DNA of 64,000 nt from OCS155 cluster bacterium AG-349-E07 (GTDB lineage: Bacteria > Actinomycetota > Acidimicrobiia > Actinomarinales > Actinomarinaceae): contig QCCZ01000001.1 in NCBI GenBank assembly GCA_003281085.1, positions 251,433 through 315,432 on the forward strand. Direction: 5' to 3'. Position 1 is the first letter of the stretch. Each line of letters opens with the position of its first letter. Of this stretch, positions 18,641 through 29,188 are shown piece after piece. A program made the translations under genes and the position numbers. Below the pieces are notes generated by a model. It was given only the letters and a program-made list of their open reading frames with translations. It searched no databases and was not told where the DNA came from.

Positions 18641-19779
18641 AGATTATCCCATAGATTTTTTTCAGCTAAATCAATAATTGTTGTCCCCATGGCATAAGCA
18701 CCATCATATATAGCTTTGTGGCCACCTGGAGCTATTGTTGCAGCGGCATATTCTGGTTGATGGTTTACGGCATTTTTAGCATCTATAGACAACATAGGGT
18801 GAATTGAAGGGAATACTTGAGAAATATTTCCCATATCTGTTGATCCTAAACCAGGGCTTGTAGCGTCTTTTTGTAAAATCATTTTTCGTTCTATATCAGC
18901 AGAATTAGCAACGTATAGTTCATACATTGTTTTATTATTATCAATTTCTTCATAGCGGTAATCAGGAAAAGTTATTTTTACTTCACACTTTGTAGACATA
19001 GCTGCTGCATTAGCAAAATTGTAAAAATCACTTTCAAGTTTGTCTAGCCCCTCTTTATTTAATGATCTCAAATACCATTCAGACTTTGTGTATGAAGGGA
19101 TTATATTTGGCTTAAATCCTCCATCTTTGATAACACCGTGCATTCTGTTGCTCTGTACCATTTGCTGTCTATAGGTTGAAGCATTTACAAAAAGTTGGAT
19201 TTGTGCATCTAAAGCATTTATTCCTTCTTGGGGTGCTCCAGCAGCATGAGCATCTTTACCAAAAAACTCAACAGTGTATTGCTGTATGGTTGTAAAAGTA
19301 GGATTAACTACATTTTCGTATCCTGGATGAATCATCATTGAGCATTTAGCATCCTCAAAAGCTCCATTATCAAGTAAAATAATTTTTCCTCCACCACCTT
19401 CTTCAGCTGGAGTTCCAAGAAGTTTGACTCTAATACCTAAATCATCCGCTAAATCTTGCAGGCCTAAACCAGCACCAATTGATGCAGTTGCAATGATATT
19501 ATGTCCACATGCATGTCCAATTTCTGGTAGAGCATCATATTCAACACACAACACGACAAGGGGTCCAGAATCTCCAAAAGTTACATCAAAAGCCGTATCA
19601 AGATTATGTGAAGGATAATTAACTTTTGCATTCTTGCTCTCAATAAAATTTACTAAGTATTTTGAAGTTTCATATTCCTCAAATCCTAGTTCTGGGTTGT
19701 GGTACATCCAATCACTTACATCACAAAGCTCTTTGTGAAGACTATCTAGAGTATCTCTGAACTTTTCTTTATTAGTCAT
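18637..19779 (-). CDS. M20 family amidohydrolase (ACY1L2/AbgB-like)
   Basis: [39 protein letters not shown]. Confidence 0.92.
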   Translation of the reverse strand: MTNKEKFRDTLDSLHKELCDVSDWMYHNPELGFEEYETSKYLVNFIESKNAKVNYPSHNLDTAFDVTFGDSGPLVVLCVEYDALPEIGHACGHNIIATASIGAGLGLQDLADDLGIRVKLLGTPAEEGGGGKIILLDNGAFEDAKCSMMIHPGYENVVNPTFTTIQQYTVEFFGKDAHAAGAPQEGINALDAQIQLFVNASTYRQQMVQSNRMHGVIKDGGFKPNIIPSYTKSEWYLRSLNKEGLDKLESDFYNFANAAAMSTKCEVKITFPDYRYEEIDNNKTMYELYVANSADIERKMILQKDATSPGLGSTDMGNISQVFPSIHPMLSIDAKNAVNHQPEYAAATIAPGGHKAIYDGAYAMGTTIIDLAEKNLWDNL

Positions 19780-21065
19780 GATTCAATTTTAGTAAAATAA
19801 TTTGCATCATACACACTGGAATTGTTCCAGATTATCCAATCAAGTCCCATATCTTCTGCAGCTTTTATATTTAATCTTACATCTTCTGGAGTATGCCAAA
19901 ATCCTTGCAAATAAGGCCTCAACTGTTCAACCTTAGTCCCTCTGTACAGCCCATCGCTGAGTGCAGCAGTAACAACTTCATAGGGATGTTTGTTTGGATA
20001 TTTATAACCAAAGGATCCATTTGAGTAATGAGACGGATAAACCATTGGTGATATAAAATCTACTGATTTAACAATAGTTTCCAAATGTTGACCAATTCCA
20101 TTATCAGACTTAGATTGTAAAACATATCCAAATATGTCTGCAGACACTAAACAGCCTTCTCCATGAAGTATTTTTGTTGCCTCATGTAAAAATGAATTTA
20201 TATTGCGTGTTCTATTTTCAAAATTGCTTTCTTCTTCATAAACTAAATGGTGATTCATTGCATCTGGGTATCTAATATAATCAAATTGAATCTCGTCAAA
20301 ACCTAAATGGCATGCTTCTATTGCAATATTTAATACATAATTTCTACTTTTTTGATCACTTGGATCAAGAAAATATTGTCCATTTTTTGAAAAAATAGAA
20401 TTAGTTATAGAGTTAAATACAGATGATTCTTCGTATGTTTTTGCAAATAAAGGATCTTGGAACGCAACAACTCTTCCAATTAAATATAAATTGTGATTGG
20501 TTTTAAGATCTACCAGAGATGCTTTGTTAAATTTTACTCTTTCAATATTAACTTCATAGCTTTCTTGAACATTGCTGTCGTACATTAAGTGACCGTGGTC
20601 TGTTTTAACATCAATAACTAGAGTGTTCACAACTGTTTCGTCAATTATTGTTTTAATTGATGACATTTTGTCTGAATTTAAAAAGTCATAGCTATTTAAA
20701 TAAATTCCTTTGATTCCACCAAATTCATTAACAAATTCTCTATATTTATAAATTGCTAGTTTTTTATTCACTTCTTTGTTAATTTGAATAATTGAGTTTT
20801 CATAACTTTTAATTAAATTATTTTGAAACTCTAAATCAGCTACCTCTAGTTCGTCTAATTTGATTTTAAGAAGAGCTGCTTGGTCATTAGTCAAACTAAT
20901 TTCATCTGGATTTTTTACTTGAGCTTTAACTACGGTATGAATTAACTCAGTTTTTATGTTTTTTACAAGTTCTAAATAGTTAATATTTTCATTTTCAAAA
21001 TTCTCAATAGTAAGTGGAAAAACAATTAATAAAATAGATAAAAATATAAAAACTACCCTGTTCAT
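19776..21065 (-). CDS. Putative glycoside hydrolase (DUF4015-like) with N-terminal anchor
   Basis: KGIY, VIDVKTDHG, GFDEIQFDYIRYP, SADIFG, ISPMVYPSHY, RPYLQGF. Confidence 0.8.
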   Translation of the reverse strand: MNRVVFIFLSILLIVFPLTIENFENENINYLELVKNIKTELIHTVVKAQVKNPDEISLTNDQAALLKIKLDELEVADLEFQNNLIKSYENSIIQINKEVNKKLAIYKYREFVNEFGGIKGIYLNSYDFLNSDKMSSIKTIIDETVVNTLVIDVKTDHGHLMYDSNVQESYEVNIERVKFNKASLVDLKTNHNLYLIGRVVAFQDPLFAKTYEESSVFNSITNSIFSKNGQYFLDPSDQKSRNYVLNIAIEACHLGFDEIQFDYIRYPDAMNHHLVYEEESNFENRTRNINSFLHEATKILHGEGCLVSADIFGYVLQSKSDNGIGQHLETIVKSVDFISPMVYPSHYSNGSFGYKYPNKHPYEVVTAALSDGLYRGTKVEQLRPYLQGFWHTPEDVRLNIKAAEDMGLDWIIWNNSSVYDANYFTKIES

Positions 21066-21176
21066 AGTTTCATATTAAGGTGTCTTATTAAAATATCCAA
21101 AAGTTAGGCAATTAAAAATAGAAATAAAAGATAAACTTAATAATATAATTTATTTTTTATTTAAGAGGAGCTCTCA

Positions 21177-22868
21177 ATGTCAGATAGTCAACTAGTCGGT
21201 CTAGCTAAAGATTTTTTTCAAAATTCTTTAGATTCTTCACCAACATCAGCAATTATGCGAGGGCATAAAAAATATTTTGATCAAATAGAAGAACTCACAG
21301 AAGAGCAATTCCAAAAAGAAAAAGATATAGTTGATACATTTATTCAGCGTTTAAACGCTATTGAGAAAGATAATTTAACAAGTAGAGAAAAAGTAACTCA
21401 TGGAATGTTGGAATTTGCTCTTAGTTCAAACAAAGACTCACTTCTTGATAGAAGTTGGGAATTTGGAGCTGGAGTAGCCGGCTTTACAGGATTCTTAATT
21501 GATTACAATCAACAAATGTTTGTACCTGATTCTGAATCAGCAGACATGATGTTAAAAAGACTTGAATTATACAAGAGACTGTACACTCAAATTGCCGACG
21601 TTCAAAAATTGGGTTTAAATAATAATAGAGTTGCAACAGAAAGAAACCTATTACGAACTATTGATCAATTAGAAAACTACCTAACTTCTTCTTTGGATCA
21701 GGATCCATTGCTTTTAGTCAACTTCTCACCAGAGATTTCAGATTCAGAAATATCTGAATGGAAAGATAAAGCAAAAAAAATTATTGAAGTAAATATTAGG
21801 CCAACTGTATCAGCTTACTTAGATCAATTAAAAACTGAGCATCTTCCTAAAGGGCGAGGAGATGACAATTGTGGGATTATGTGGATTGATGGTGGAGAAG
21901 AGTCTTATTTAAGATCATTAAGAAAATACACAGGACACAAAGAAATAACTGTAAAAGAAGTTCATGAAATAGGTCTATCAGAAATAGAGAGATTAAAAAA
22001 AGAATTTTTTGAAATTGGAAAAAATGTATTTGATGGAGTTGATACTCCTGAAGATGTAATACACAAAATGCAAACAGAACCATCAATGAGATATGAAAGC
22101 AAAGAGCAGATGTTACAGTTAGCAATTGATACCATAGAAAGATCATATAAGCCTTTAGATGAGTGGTTCACAGTGTTTCCAAAATCTCCATGTAAAGTTC
22201 TTCCGGTACCTGCTGAATCTGAGCAACATGCTCCTCCGGCTTATTACTACCCGCCTTTACCAGATGGTTCAAGAGATGGTACGTATTTTCTTAATACATA
22301 TAAAGCAGAAACAAAAAGCATATTTGAGGCTGAATCTGTTGCTTTTCATGAGGCTATACCGGGACATCACCTTGATAGAACTATTGCAGTTGAGCTTCAA
22401 GACGTACCAGATTTTCAAAAGTATGTTGCTTCCACGGCATTTGTTGAGGGGTGGGGACTCTATTCAGAGCAATTAGCTAATGAAATGGGTTTATACTCCA
22501 ATGATGTACAACAGCTAGGAAGACTTGGAAATGATGCATGGAGAGCTTGTCGTCTTGTTCTTGATACAGGCATGCATGGCATGGGTTGGTCAAGAGAAAA
22601 CGCAATTAATTTTTTCAAAGCAAATTCTCCAATTGAAGCTATAAATGCTGAAATCGAGACAGATCGATATATTGCTTGGCCGGGACAAGCATGTTCATAT
22701 AAAATGGGTCAGTTAAAGATCGAAGAATTACGTAGAAAAGCTGAAAACGAACTAGGAGATAAGTTCGACATTAGATACTTCCACGATGAAGTTCTATGCG
22801 ACGGGGGAATTACTCTTCCTATTTTAGAAAATAAGATTAACTCTTTTATTGCAAAATATAAAAGTTAA
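21177..22868 (+). CDS. DUF885 family protein (putative metallopeptidase)
   Basis: HEAIPGHH, FVEGWGLYSE, RLVLDTGMH, PGQACSYKMG. Confidence 0.92.
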   Translation: MSDSQLVGLAKDFFQNSLDSSPTSAIMRGHKKYFDQIEELTEEQFQKEKDIVDTFIQRLNAIEKDNLTSREKVTHGMLEFALSSNKDSLLDRSWEFGAGVAGFTGFLIDYNQQMFVPDSESADMMLKRLELYKRLYTQIADVQKLGLNNNRVATERNLLRTIDQLENYLTSSLDQDPLLLVNFSPEISDSEISEWKDKAKKIIEVNIRPTVSAYLDQLKTEHLPKGRGDDNCGIMWIDGGEESYLRSLRKYTGHKEITVKEVHEIGLSEIERLKKEFFEIGKNVFDGVDTPEDVIHKMQTEPSMRYESKEQMLQLAIDTIERSYKPLDEWFTVFPKSPCKVLPVPAESEQHAPPAYYYPPLPDGSRDGTYFLNTYKAETKSIFEAESVAFHEAIPGHHLDRTIAVELQDVPDFQKYVASTAFVEGWGLYSEQLANEMGLYSNDVQQLGRLGNDAWRACRLVLDTGMHGMGWSRENAINFFKANSPIEAINAEIETDRYIAWPGQACSYKMGQLKIEELRRKAENELGDKFDIRYFHDEVLCDGGITLPILENKINSFIAKYKS

Positions 22869-24007
22869 ACAAAAAGATAAGTTAGTTTTCTCCAAAACCA
22901 TTCTAGAGGTCCATAATTAAATCTATCTAAAATTGGTTTTGACCAAGATATTTGAATCATCCAAACTGTAAATACATAGACTATTAACTGTGATCTTGAA
23001 AACGTATCTAAACCAAATGCACCTAAGATAAAAACTCCAAAGACTGTCTGAATAATATAATTTGTAAATGCCAACTTACCGCATGCTCGCAATCTTTCAC
23101 TTATAGAATCTTTTAGTTTCAAATTAAGAATTGTCAAAAGTCCTGTATATCCTAAAACCATTGGTATGACTGATAGAGTGTTAAAAATATTGCTGATGAA
23201 AAGGACAGATGGATCATAGTTTGAACTAATAAGCAAATAGATACTGAAGACAGCCAAGGGTAAGCCTATTGAAAATCCAAAAAGAGACATTTTTTTATAA
23301 TATGATATTTCTTTTTTACCTTGAATTATGTTTAATTTGTATAACAAAAAACCAAATAGCATTAAAGATATTGCTCTAAAAAATGCTCCAATATACCACC
23401 ACATGGCAACAAGATTGCCCCAAGATTCTGAATCTGGAAACCAAAACTTACCATATGATAATGTACCGCCTTCACTGGCTAAAAGAACCCACTCTTCCTG
23501 CGAAATCAAGTTTCCACTTGTATCGTATAACGAAGAGAAATAGTTTGTTATTAAAATAAATGCTGTCATCAAAAAAACTATTGCGGCAAATATGAATTTC
23601 GGATTTTCAACTTTGGGAAATATGATTAGCAAAAAAGCACAAATTGCATATGGTGCAAGTACATCACCTTCCCAAATTGATAAGTGAATCAGCCCAAAAC
23701 AAAATAATAAAAAATTTCTCCAAATAGCTAGTATTTTTGGTTTTGAAGTCTTTTTTTCTGCATTATCTAAAAATATCACTATGCCAACACCAAAAAGCAT
23801 AGAAAATAAACCCATCATTTTTTGTTCAAAAAACACTGATGAAATCACCACAACTATCCAATCAAGAGTATTATCAATTCCGTATGTTGACTGATTTGTA
23901 GTTGCAGTAAGCGGAAGGCCAAACGCTATAACGTTTATTACAAGTATTCCGAGTAGAGCAAAACCTCTAATAAAATCTAAATTTGTAATTCTCTGAACAG
24001 AGTTCAT
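22865..24007 (-). CDS. DUF418 family membrane protein (YeiB-like)
   Basis: RITNLDFIRGFALLGIL, LFSMLFG, GKLAFTNY, GPLEWFWR. Confidence 0.92.
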   Translation of the reverse strand: MNSVQRITNLDFIRGFALLGILVINVIAFGLPLTATTNQSTYGIDNTLDWIVVVISSVFFEQKMMGLFSMLFGVGIVIFLDNAEKKTSKPKILAIWRNFLLFCFGLIHLSIWEGDVLAPYAICAFLLIIFPKVENPKFIFAAIVFLMTAFILITNYFSSLYDTSGNLISQEEWVLLASEGGTLSYGKFWFPDSESWGNLVAMWWYIGAFFRAISLMLFGFLLYKLNIIQGKKEISYYKKMSLFGFSIGLPLAVFSIYLLISSNYDPSVLFISNIFNTLSVIPMVLGYTGLLTILNLKLKDSISERLRACGKLAFTNYIIQTVFGVFILGAFGLDTFSRSQLIVYVFTVWMIQISWSKPILDRFNYGPLEWFWRKLTYLFV

Positions 24008-24019
24008 TAAAAATTTATA

Positions 24020-24238
24020 TTACTCTTCTTCTTCAGAGTAGCTTTTATTAAACATCCATAGGATTGTGTACGCCAGAGCAAGACCGAAAATATAGAAATT
24101 GAAGTTCTCAACTTCATTAATTTGTAACCCAAAAATACCATCAATGATTGCAATAAATACTCTTAGAACTATTCCGGTTCCAACTAATCTGATAAAACTA
24201 AACTTTTTTAAAAAAAGAATTATGTTGCCTGTATCCAT
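24020..24238 (-). CDS. Hypothetical 2-TM membrane protein
   Basis: Fills the gap between hspR and DUF418 on the same strand; two hydrophobic segments. Confidence 0.6.
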   Translation of the reverse strand: MDTGNIILFLKKFSFIRLVGTGIVLRVFIAIIDGIFGLQINEVENFNFYIFGLALAYTILWMFNKSYSEEEE

Positions 24239-24248
24239 CTAGCTTATC

Positions 24249-24638
24249 TTAATTTGTTTTTTTAATTGATTTGTTAGTTTTTTTAACAATTTCATTTTTA
24301 TAACTTTTGTGTATTTCTCGTTCTTTATTTCTTGAATCAACTTTTTGAGTAGACATTTCATCTTCTAAAGAGATTATTTTACTCTGTAATTCTTCTATTT
24401 TGTCTTTCATTTCATATATGATTTTTATTCCATCTAAATTTATACCTCTCTGAGAAAGATTTTGAATCTGAATTAATTTATCTATGTCTTCCTGTGAATA
24501 TCTCCTTGTTCCTCCACCTGTTCTAAAAGGTTTAATTAAACCTTTTTGTTCGTATGTTCTTATTGTTTGTTGATGGATTCCTGAAAGAGTTGATGCTACG
24601 GAAATAAAATATATTGCTTTCGAGTCTTCATTATTCAT
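24249..24638 (-). CDS. hspR: Heat-shock repressor HspR (MerR family)
   Basis: YFISVASTLSGIHQQTIRTYE, RTGGGTRRYS, GINLDGIK; follows dnaJ; ATG 24638 overlapping the dnaJ stop preferred over the track start 24671. Confidence 0.92.
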   Translation of the reverse strand: MNNEDSKAIYFISVASTLSGIHQQTIRTYEQKGLIKPFRTGGGTRRYSQEDIDKLIQIQNLSQRGINLDGIKIIYEMKDKIEELQSKIISLEDEMSTQKVDSRNKEREIHKSYKNEIVKKTNKSIKKTN

Positions 24639-25716
24639 ACAAATAATCCCTCGGAGAGTCTCCAGACTCAAATTGATCTCTATAGTTTTCCAAATGTTTT
24701 TTTGCAGATCTTGATAAATTTGTTGGAGGGGTTATGAAAACTTTTATAAATAAATCTCCTGGCCTTCTGCCTTGCGGAGCAATTCCCTCACCTTTTATTT
24801 TAAAAGTTTTTCCACTTGGAGTACCCGCAGGAATTTTTAATGTTACCGATTTTTTAAGCGTTGGTATCTTTACACTTGCACCAAGAGCTGCCTCTGTAAA
24901 TAGCAAAGGAACTTCTAGAATAAGATCGCTATTGTTTCTTTTAAAGAATTTGTGTGGTTCAACGGCAACTTGAACTAATAAATCTCCATCTGGTGCGCCT
25001 GCATCTCCAGGACCGCCTCTTCCTCGTAATCTAATAACTGTACCATTATCTACTCCGGCAGGGACTTTTACTTTTATTGACTCATTCTCTATTACTGAGC
25101 CAGAACTTCTACAAGTTTTACAGGCTTTATCAATAATATTTCCCTGCCCTTTGCAAGCTGTACATGTTTGAGCAAAAGAAAAAAATCCTTGATTTGAAGC
25201 TGTCTGTCCACTTCCATTGCAAATGTTACATCTATGGAAAGCTTCTCCTTTATCTGCTCCTGTTCCTTTACAGTAAGAACATACTACTTCCTTTCTGAGA
25301 GGAACTACACTTTCTACTCCTGAAGCCGCATCATTAAAAGATATATTAATATTTGTTTGATAAGTCTGGCCCTTTCTTCTTCCACCAGCACCTCCGAATC
25401 CAAATATATCTCCGAGATTTCCAAATAAATCACCGAAATCCTCTACATTAAACCCTTGTCCGCCAAATCCTCCAAACCCTGAAGCACCCATCGCACGAAC
25501 CTGGTCATACTCTTGTCTTTTCTTTTCATCACCGAGAACCGAGCTAGCTTCTGAAATTTCTTTGAATTTTTTTTCAGCTTCAGTATCTCCCGGGTTTAAG
25601 TCCGGATGATTTTCTCTTGCAAGCTTCTTATACGCTTTTTTTATTTCTTCAGTACTTGCCTCTTTTGTTACGCCCAGGGTGGCGTAAAAGTCTTTGTCTA
25701 ACCAGTCTCTACTCAC
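24631..25716 (-). CDS. dnaJ: Chaperone DnaJ
   Basis: J-domain HPD, G/F region, four CxxCxGxG-type repeats. Confidence 0.97.
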   Translation of the reverse strand: MSRDWLDKDFYATLGVTKEASTEEIKKAYKKLARENHPDLNPGDTEAEKKFKEISEASSVLGDEKKRQEYDQVRAMGASGFGGFGGQGFNVEDFGDLFGNLGDIFGFGGAGGRRKGQTYQTNINISFNDAASGVESVVPLRKEVVCSYCKGTGADKGEAFHRCNICNGSGQTASNQGFFSFAQTCTACKGQGNIIDKACKTCRSSGSVIENESIKVKVPAGVDNGTVIRLRGRGGPGDAGAPDGDLLVQVAVEPHKFFKRNNSDLILEVPLLFTEAALGASVKIPTLKKSVTLKIPAGTPSGKTFKIKGEGIAPQGRRPGDLFIKVFITPPTNLSRSAKKHLENYRDQFESGDSPRDYLYE

Positions 25717-26200
25717 TTTTCACTTTAACCATTGCAGGGCGAATCAAACTACCCTGAAATAGATATCCTTTGCGTAGAACCGCATCGATTATCTGCGAAT
25801 CACCTTCACCAGAATGTTCAACAGCTTCATGTAGAGATGGATCAAAATTTTCTCCAATTTTCCCTACTTCTTCAACTTGTAAGTCCTGGAGAACTGAGGT
25901 AAGTATACTATTTAGTGCTTCTACTTCTTTAGCTACTTTTTCCTGTGCCATAGCCATTTCAAAATTATCAATGAGTGGAAAAATAGCATTAACGAAGTAA
26001 GCTATTGAAGCAGCTCCAATATTTTCTTTCTCTTTTTCGGCTCTTTTTTTGTAATTGTCAAAATCAGCAGCAAGTCTTAAATAGTCGTCTTTTATTTTTT
26101 CGTATTGTGACAGAGAGACAGTTGATTCTTCAGATTCTTCATTAACTGCTTTATCTGAAGTTTTGTCTACTTCATCAATAGAGGGTTCTTCCTTATTCAT
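25709..26200 (-). CDS. grpE: Nucleotide exchange factor GrpE
   Basis: [31 protein letters not shown]. Confidence 0.96.
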   Translation of the reverse strand: MNKEEPSIDEVDKTSDKAVNEESEESTVSLSQYEKIKDDYLRLAADFDNYKKRAEKEKENIGAASIAYFVNAIFPLIDNFEMAMAQEKVAKEVEALNSILTSVLQDLQVEEVGKIGENFDPSLHEAVEHSGEGDSQIIDAVLRKGYLFQGSLIRPAMVKVKSE

Positions 26201-28001
26201 CCTCTATAACTTCACCTTCGACTACATCTTCTGAACCATCATCAGGTGAGTCTGGTGCATCGTTTTGGGTTTCAGCGTAAAGTTTTTCTGCAAAAGACTG
26301 ACTTGCTTTAGCTAACTCATCAATTCCATTTTTTAGATCATCTACAGACAAATCTTCGTTTTCAAGAAGTTTTTTTAATTTATCATTCGCATCAGTGATT
26401 GCTGCAACTTCTTCTTCAGTAGCTTTATCTTTATTTTCATCGAGCATTTTTTCAGTTGAAGTAACCATACCTTCTGCCATATTTCTTGTTTCAACAAGCT
26501 CTTTCTTTTTAGCATCTTCATTGGCATGTTGTTCAGCATCTTTTATCATTCTGTCGATTTCATCATCTTCAAGTGCAGTTCCGCCAGTAATAGTTATAGC
26601 TTGTTCCTTCCCAGTACCAAGGTCTTTGGCATTAACATTTACGATTCCATTGGCATCAATATCAAACGTTACTTCAATTTGTGGGGTCCCAGCCATCGCA
26701 GCAGGAATATCCGTAAGGGTGAATCTACCTAGGGATTTATTACCAGCTGCCACTTCCCTTTCCCCTTGCAAGATATGAATTTCAACTTGAGTTTGATTAT
26801 TTTCTGCTGTGCTGAAAACCTCTGATCGCTTGGTAGGAATAGTTGTATTTCTCTCAATCATTTTTGTCATAATTCCACCTTTTGTTTCAACACCTAAAGT
26901 AAGAGGAGTAACGTCTAACAAAAGAACATCTTTTACATCACCTTTAAGGACACCAGCTTGAATAGCTGCTCCTGAGGCTACAACTTCGTCCGGGTTAACT
27001 CCCTTATGTGGATCTTTTCCGGTTAAAGTTTTTACAAGTTGTTGAACAGATGGCATACGTGTTGAGCCACCAACTAAAATAATGTGATCAATATCAGAAT
27101 ATTGCATACCTGCATCAGACAATGCGTTCTCTACAGGTTCTTTAGTTCGTTCAACTAAGTCAGCTGTTATTTTTTCAAATTCTGATCTACTTAATTTTTC
27201 AAGCAAGTGTTGAGGCCCAGCATCATTGGCGGTAATAAAAGGTAAATTTATTTCTGTCTCACTTGTTGAAGATAGTTCAATTTTGGCTTTTTCAGCACCT
27301 TCTTGAATTCTTTGAACTGCCATTTTATCTTTTGACAAATCTATCCCTGTGGATGATTTGAATTTATCTATCAACCAGTCCATAACTCGTTGATCCCAAT
27401 CATCCCCACCCAGTTTTGAGTCACCAGAAGTAGATTTAACTTCGAACACACCTTCTGAGATTTCAAGTATTGAAACATCAAAAGTACCTCCACCTAAGTC
27501 AAATACTAAAATTTTTTGATCTTCATTATTTTCTAGACCATAAGCTAATGATGCAGCTGTTGGTTCATTAATTATTCTCAGGACATTCAGACCAGCAATT
27601 TGTCCAGCTTCCTTTGTTGCTTGCCTTTCTGCATCATTAAAATAGGCTGGTACTGTAATTACGGCCTCGGTAACATCATCTCCCAAGTAAGCTTCAGCGT
27701 CTCGCTTTAGTTTTTGTAAAATTCGTGCAGAAATCTCTTGAGGTGTATATTCTTTATCTTCAAATTTTTCTTTCCAATCAGTCCCAATATGTCTTTTGAT
27801 AGACCTTACTGTATTGTCGGGATTGGTGATGGCCTGTCTTTTTGCAAGCTCTCCTACAAGCACTTCTTCAGATTTAAATGCAACAATAGAAGGGGTTGTT
27901 CTATTTCCTTCTGCATTTGCTATAACAGAAGGCTCTCCACCCTCTAAAACTGCTACAACACTGTTTGTTGTTCCCAAATCTATTCCCACAGCTTTACCCA
28001 T
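26193..28001 (-). CDS. dnaK: Chaperone DnaK
   Basis: [27 protein letters not shown]. Confidence 0.99.
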   Translation of the reverse strand: MGKAVGIDLGTTNSVVAVLEGGEPSVIANAEGNRTTPSIVAFKSEEVLVGELAKRQAITNPDNTVRSIKRHIGTDWKEKFEDKEYTPQEISARILQKLKRDAEAYLGDDVTEAVITVPAYFNDAERQATKEAGQIAGLNVLRIINEPTAASLAYGLENNEDQKILVFDLGGGTFDVSILEISEGVFEVKSTSGDSKLGGDDWDQRVMDWLIDKFKSSTGIDLSKDKMAVQRIQEGAEKAKIELSSTSETEINLPFITANDAGPQHLLEKLSRSEFEKITADLVERTKEPVENALSDAGMQYSDIDHIILVGGSTRMPSVQQLVKTLTGKDPHKGVNPDEVVASGAAIQAGVLKGDVKDVLLLDVTPLTLGVETKGGIMTKMIERNTTIPTKRSEVFSTAENNQTQVEIHILQGEREVAAGNKSLGRFTLTDIPAAMAGTPQIEVTFDIDANGIVNVNAKDLGTGKEQAITITGGTALEDDEIDRMIKDAEQHANEDAKKKELVETRNMAEGMVTSTEKMLDENKDKATEEEVAAITDANDKLKKLLENEDLSVDDLKNGIDELAKASQSFAEKLYAETQNDAPDSPDDGSEDVVEGEVIEDE

Positions 28002-28028
28002 TTTGTATATTTCCTTTCGTAAAAATTA

Positions 28029-28229
28029 TTAAATTGGTTCTTGTTCTCTTGGCAAATGACCTCTTACCCTTGGATAGGAGATAGGAGCATGCAGAAAACA
28101 AAATTTCTTTTTGTTGTAAACACTAATTACGGTCTCACAAGTTTCAAATGCGCAAACTCTACCAGTAGTGTATTTTTTTGATCTTCTAACACCTGGTTTA
28201 ACTTGTGATGCTGTCAATGTTCCACTCAT
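28029..28229 (-). CDS. Small basic putative zinc-finger protein (C-x4-C-x12-C-x2-H), first gene of the dnaK operon; paralog of 3814..4008
   Basis: GRVC-x4-C-x-T-xx-S-x-YNK-xxx-CF-x-HAP-xx-YPRVRG shared with the paralog; AGGAAGG SD; 27 bp upstream of dnaK. Confidence 0.85.
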   Translation of the reverse strand: MSGTLTASQVKPGVRRSKKYTTGRVCAFETCETVISVYNKKKFCFLHAPISYPRVRGHLPREQEPI

Positions 28230-28265
28230 TTTTAACCTTCCTAATCTAATTTAGTTTTAATATAT

Positions 28266-28324
28266 AATCTAAGTATATTTACTTAGATTTGTTATTAATA
28301 TATCATATTTGCAATTTAATGCAA
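28266..28324 (-). promoter_or_regulatory. dnaK operon promoter with a HAIR-like inverted repeat (candidate HspR operator)
   Basis: Minus strand TTGCAT-16 nt-(TGA)TATATT, followed by perfect 10-bp IR AATCTAAGTA-N4-TACTTAGATT at 28266-28289. Confidence 0.6.
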
Positions 28325-28393
28325 AAAATTTAATAAAAAAGATAAAAAATAAGCAATTTTAGTAATTATTAAACCACCTGATAATATTGAATA

Positions 28394-29188
28394 ATGAAAA
28401 AGATAGATATCAGTATTTTAGGGCTTGGGAATTTAGGAACAGCTTTTTTTGAGGGCTTACGAAAAAATAAAAACCTCAATCTTTATTTTTATGAAGAAAA
28501 TGAAAAAATTAGAAATGATTTCGCCAAATTACATGATGTAATAACTTCTCCGCACATTAACACTCTTGATTCAGGAGTTTTAATACTTTGCATTAAGCCA
28601 CAAAATATAAATAATTTCTTTGAATCATTTTCTAAAAACATTGAGAAAGATGTCCTTATTTGCTCACCTGTTGCTGGCTTAGAAATTGAAACGATAAACA
28701 AATATGTTAAAAATAGAGTTATTAGGGTAATGCCTAATCTATTAATTAGAAAAAACAATGGATTTATTCCATTTGTAAAAAATTATGATGATGACTACTT
28801 AAGTTTTATAGAAATAGCATTATCTTCTTTGGGGCTTACGAGAGAATTTACTGAGCAATTGTTCCCACTTGTTACAGCATTATCAGGAAGTGGCCCAGCA
28901 TGGTTCTATGAGCTTTCAAGGCAGCTTACAAATTCAGCTATTCAATTAGGTATGAATGAAGATGATGCTGAAGAACTAGTTAAAGAATTAATTAAAGCAT
29001 TACCAAACTTAATTAGTGTAGAGGATTCTTTTACTGAGTTGGTAAATAAAGTGAAATCACCAAAAGGCACTACAGAGGCAGGTCTTGATTCGCTTATTAA
29101 TGATTCCTTTGATAAAATAATTTTCAATGCAATTCAACAGGCAACAAATAGATCAATTGAGATATCAGCTGAATTAAAAAATGAATAA
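28394..29188 (+). CDS. proC: Pyrroline-5-carboxylate reductase
   Basis: GLGNLG, IKPQ, RVMPN, TALSGSGPA, VKSPKGTT. Confidence 0.92.
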   Translation: MKKIDISILGLGNLGTAFFEGLRKNKNLNLYFYEENEKIRNDFAKLHDVITSPHINTLDSGVLILCIKPQNINNFFESFSKNIEKDVLICSPVAGLEIETINKYVKNRVIRVMPNLLIRKNNGFIPFVKNYDDDYLSFIEIALSSLGLTREFTEQLFPLVTALSGSGPAWFYELSRQLTNSAIQLGMNEDDAEELVKELIKALPNLISVEDSFTELVNKVKSPKGTTEAGLDSLINDSFDKIIFNAIQQATNRSIEISAELKNE

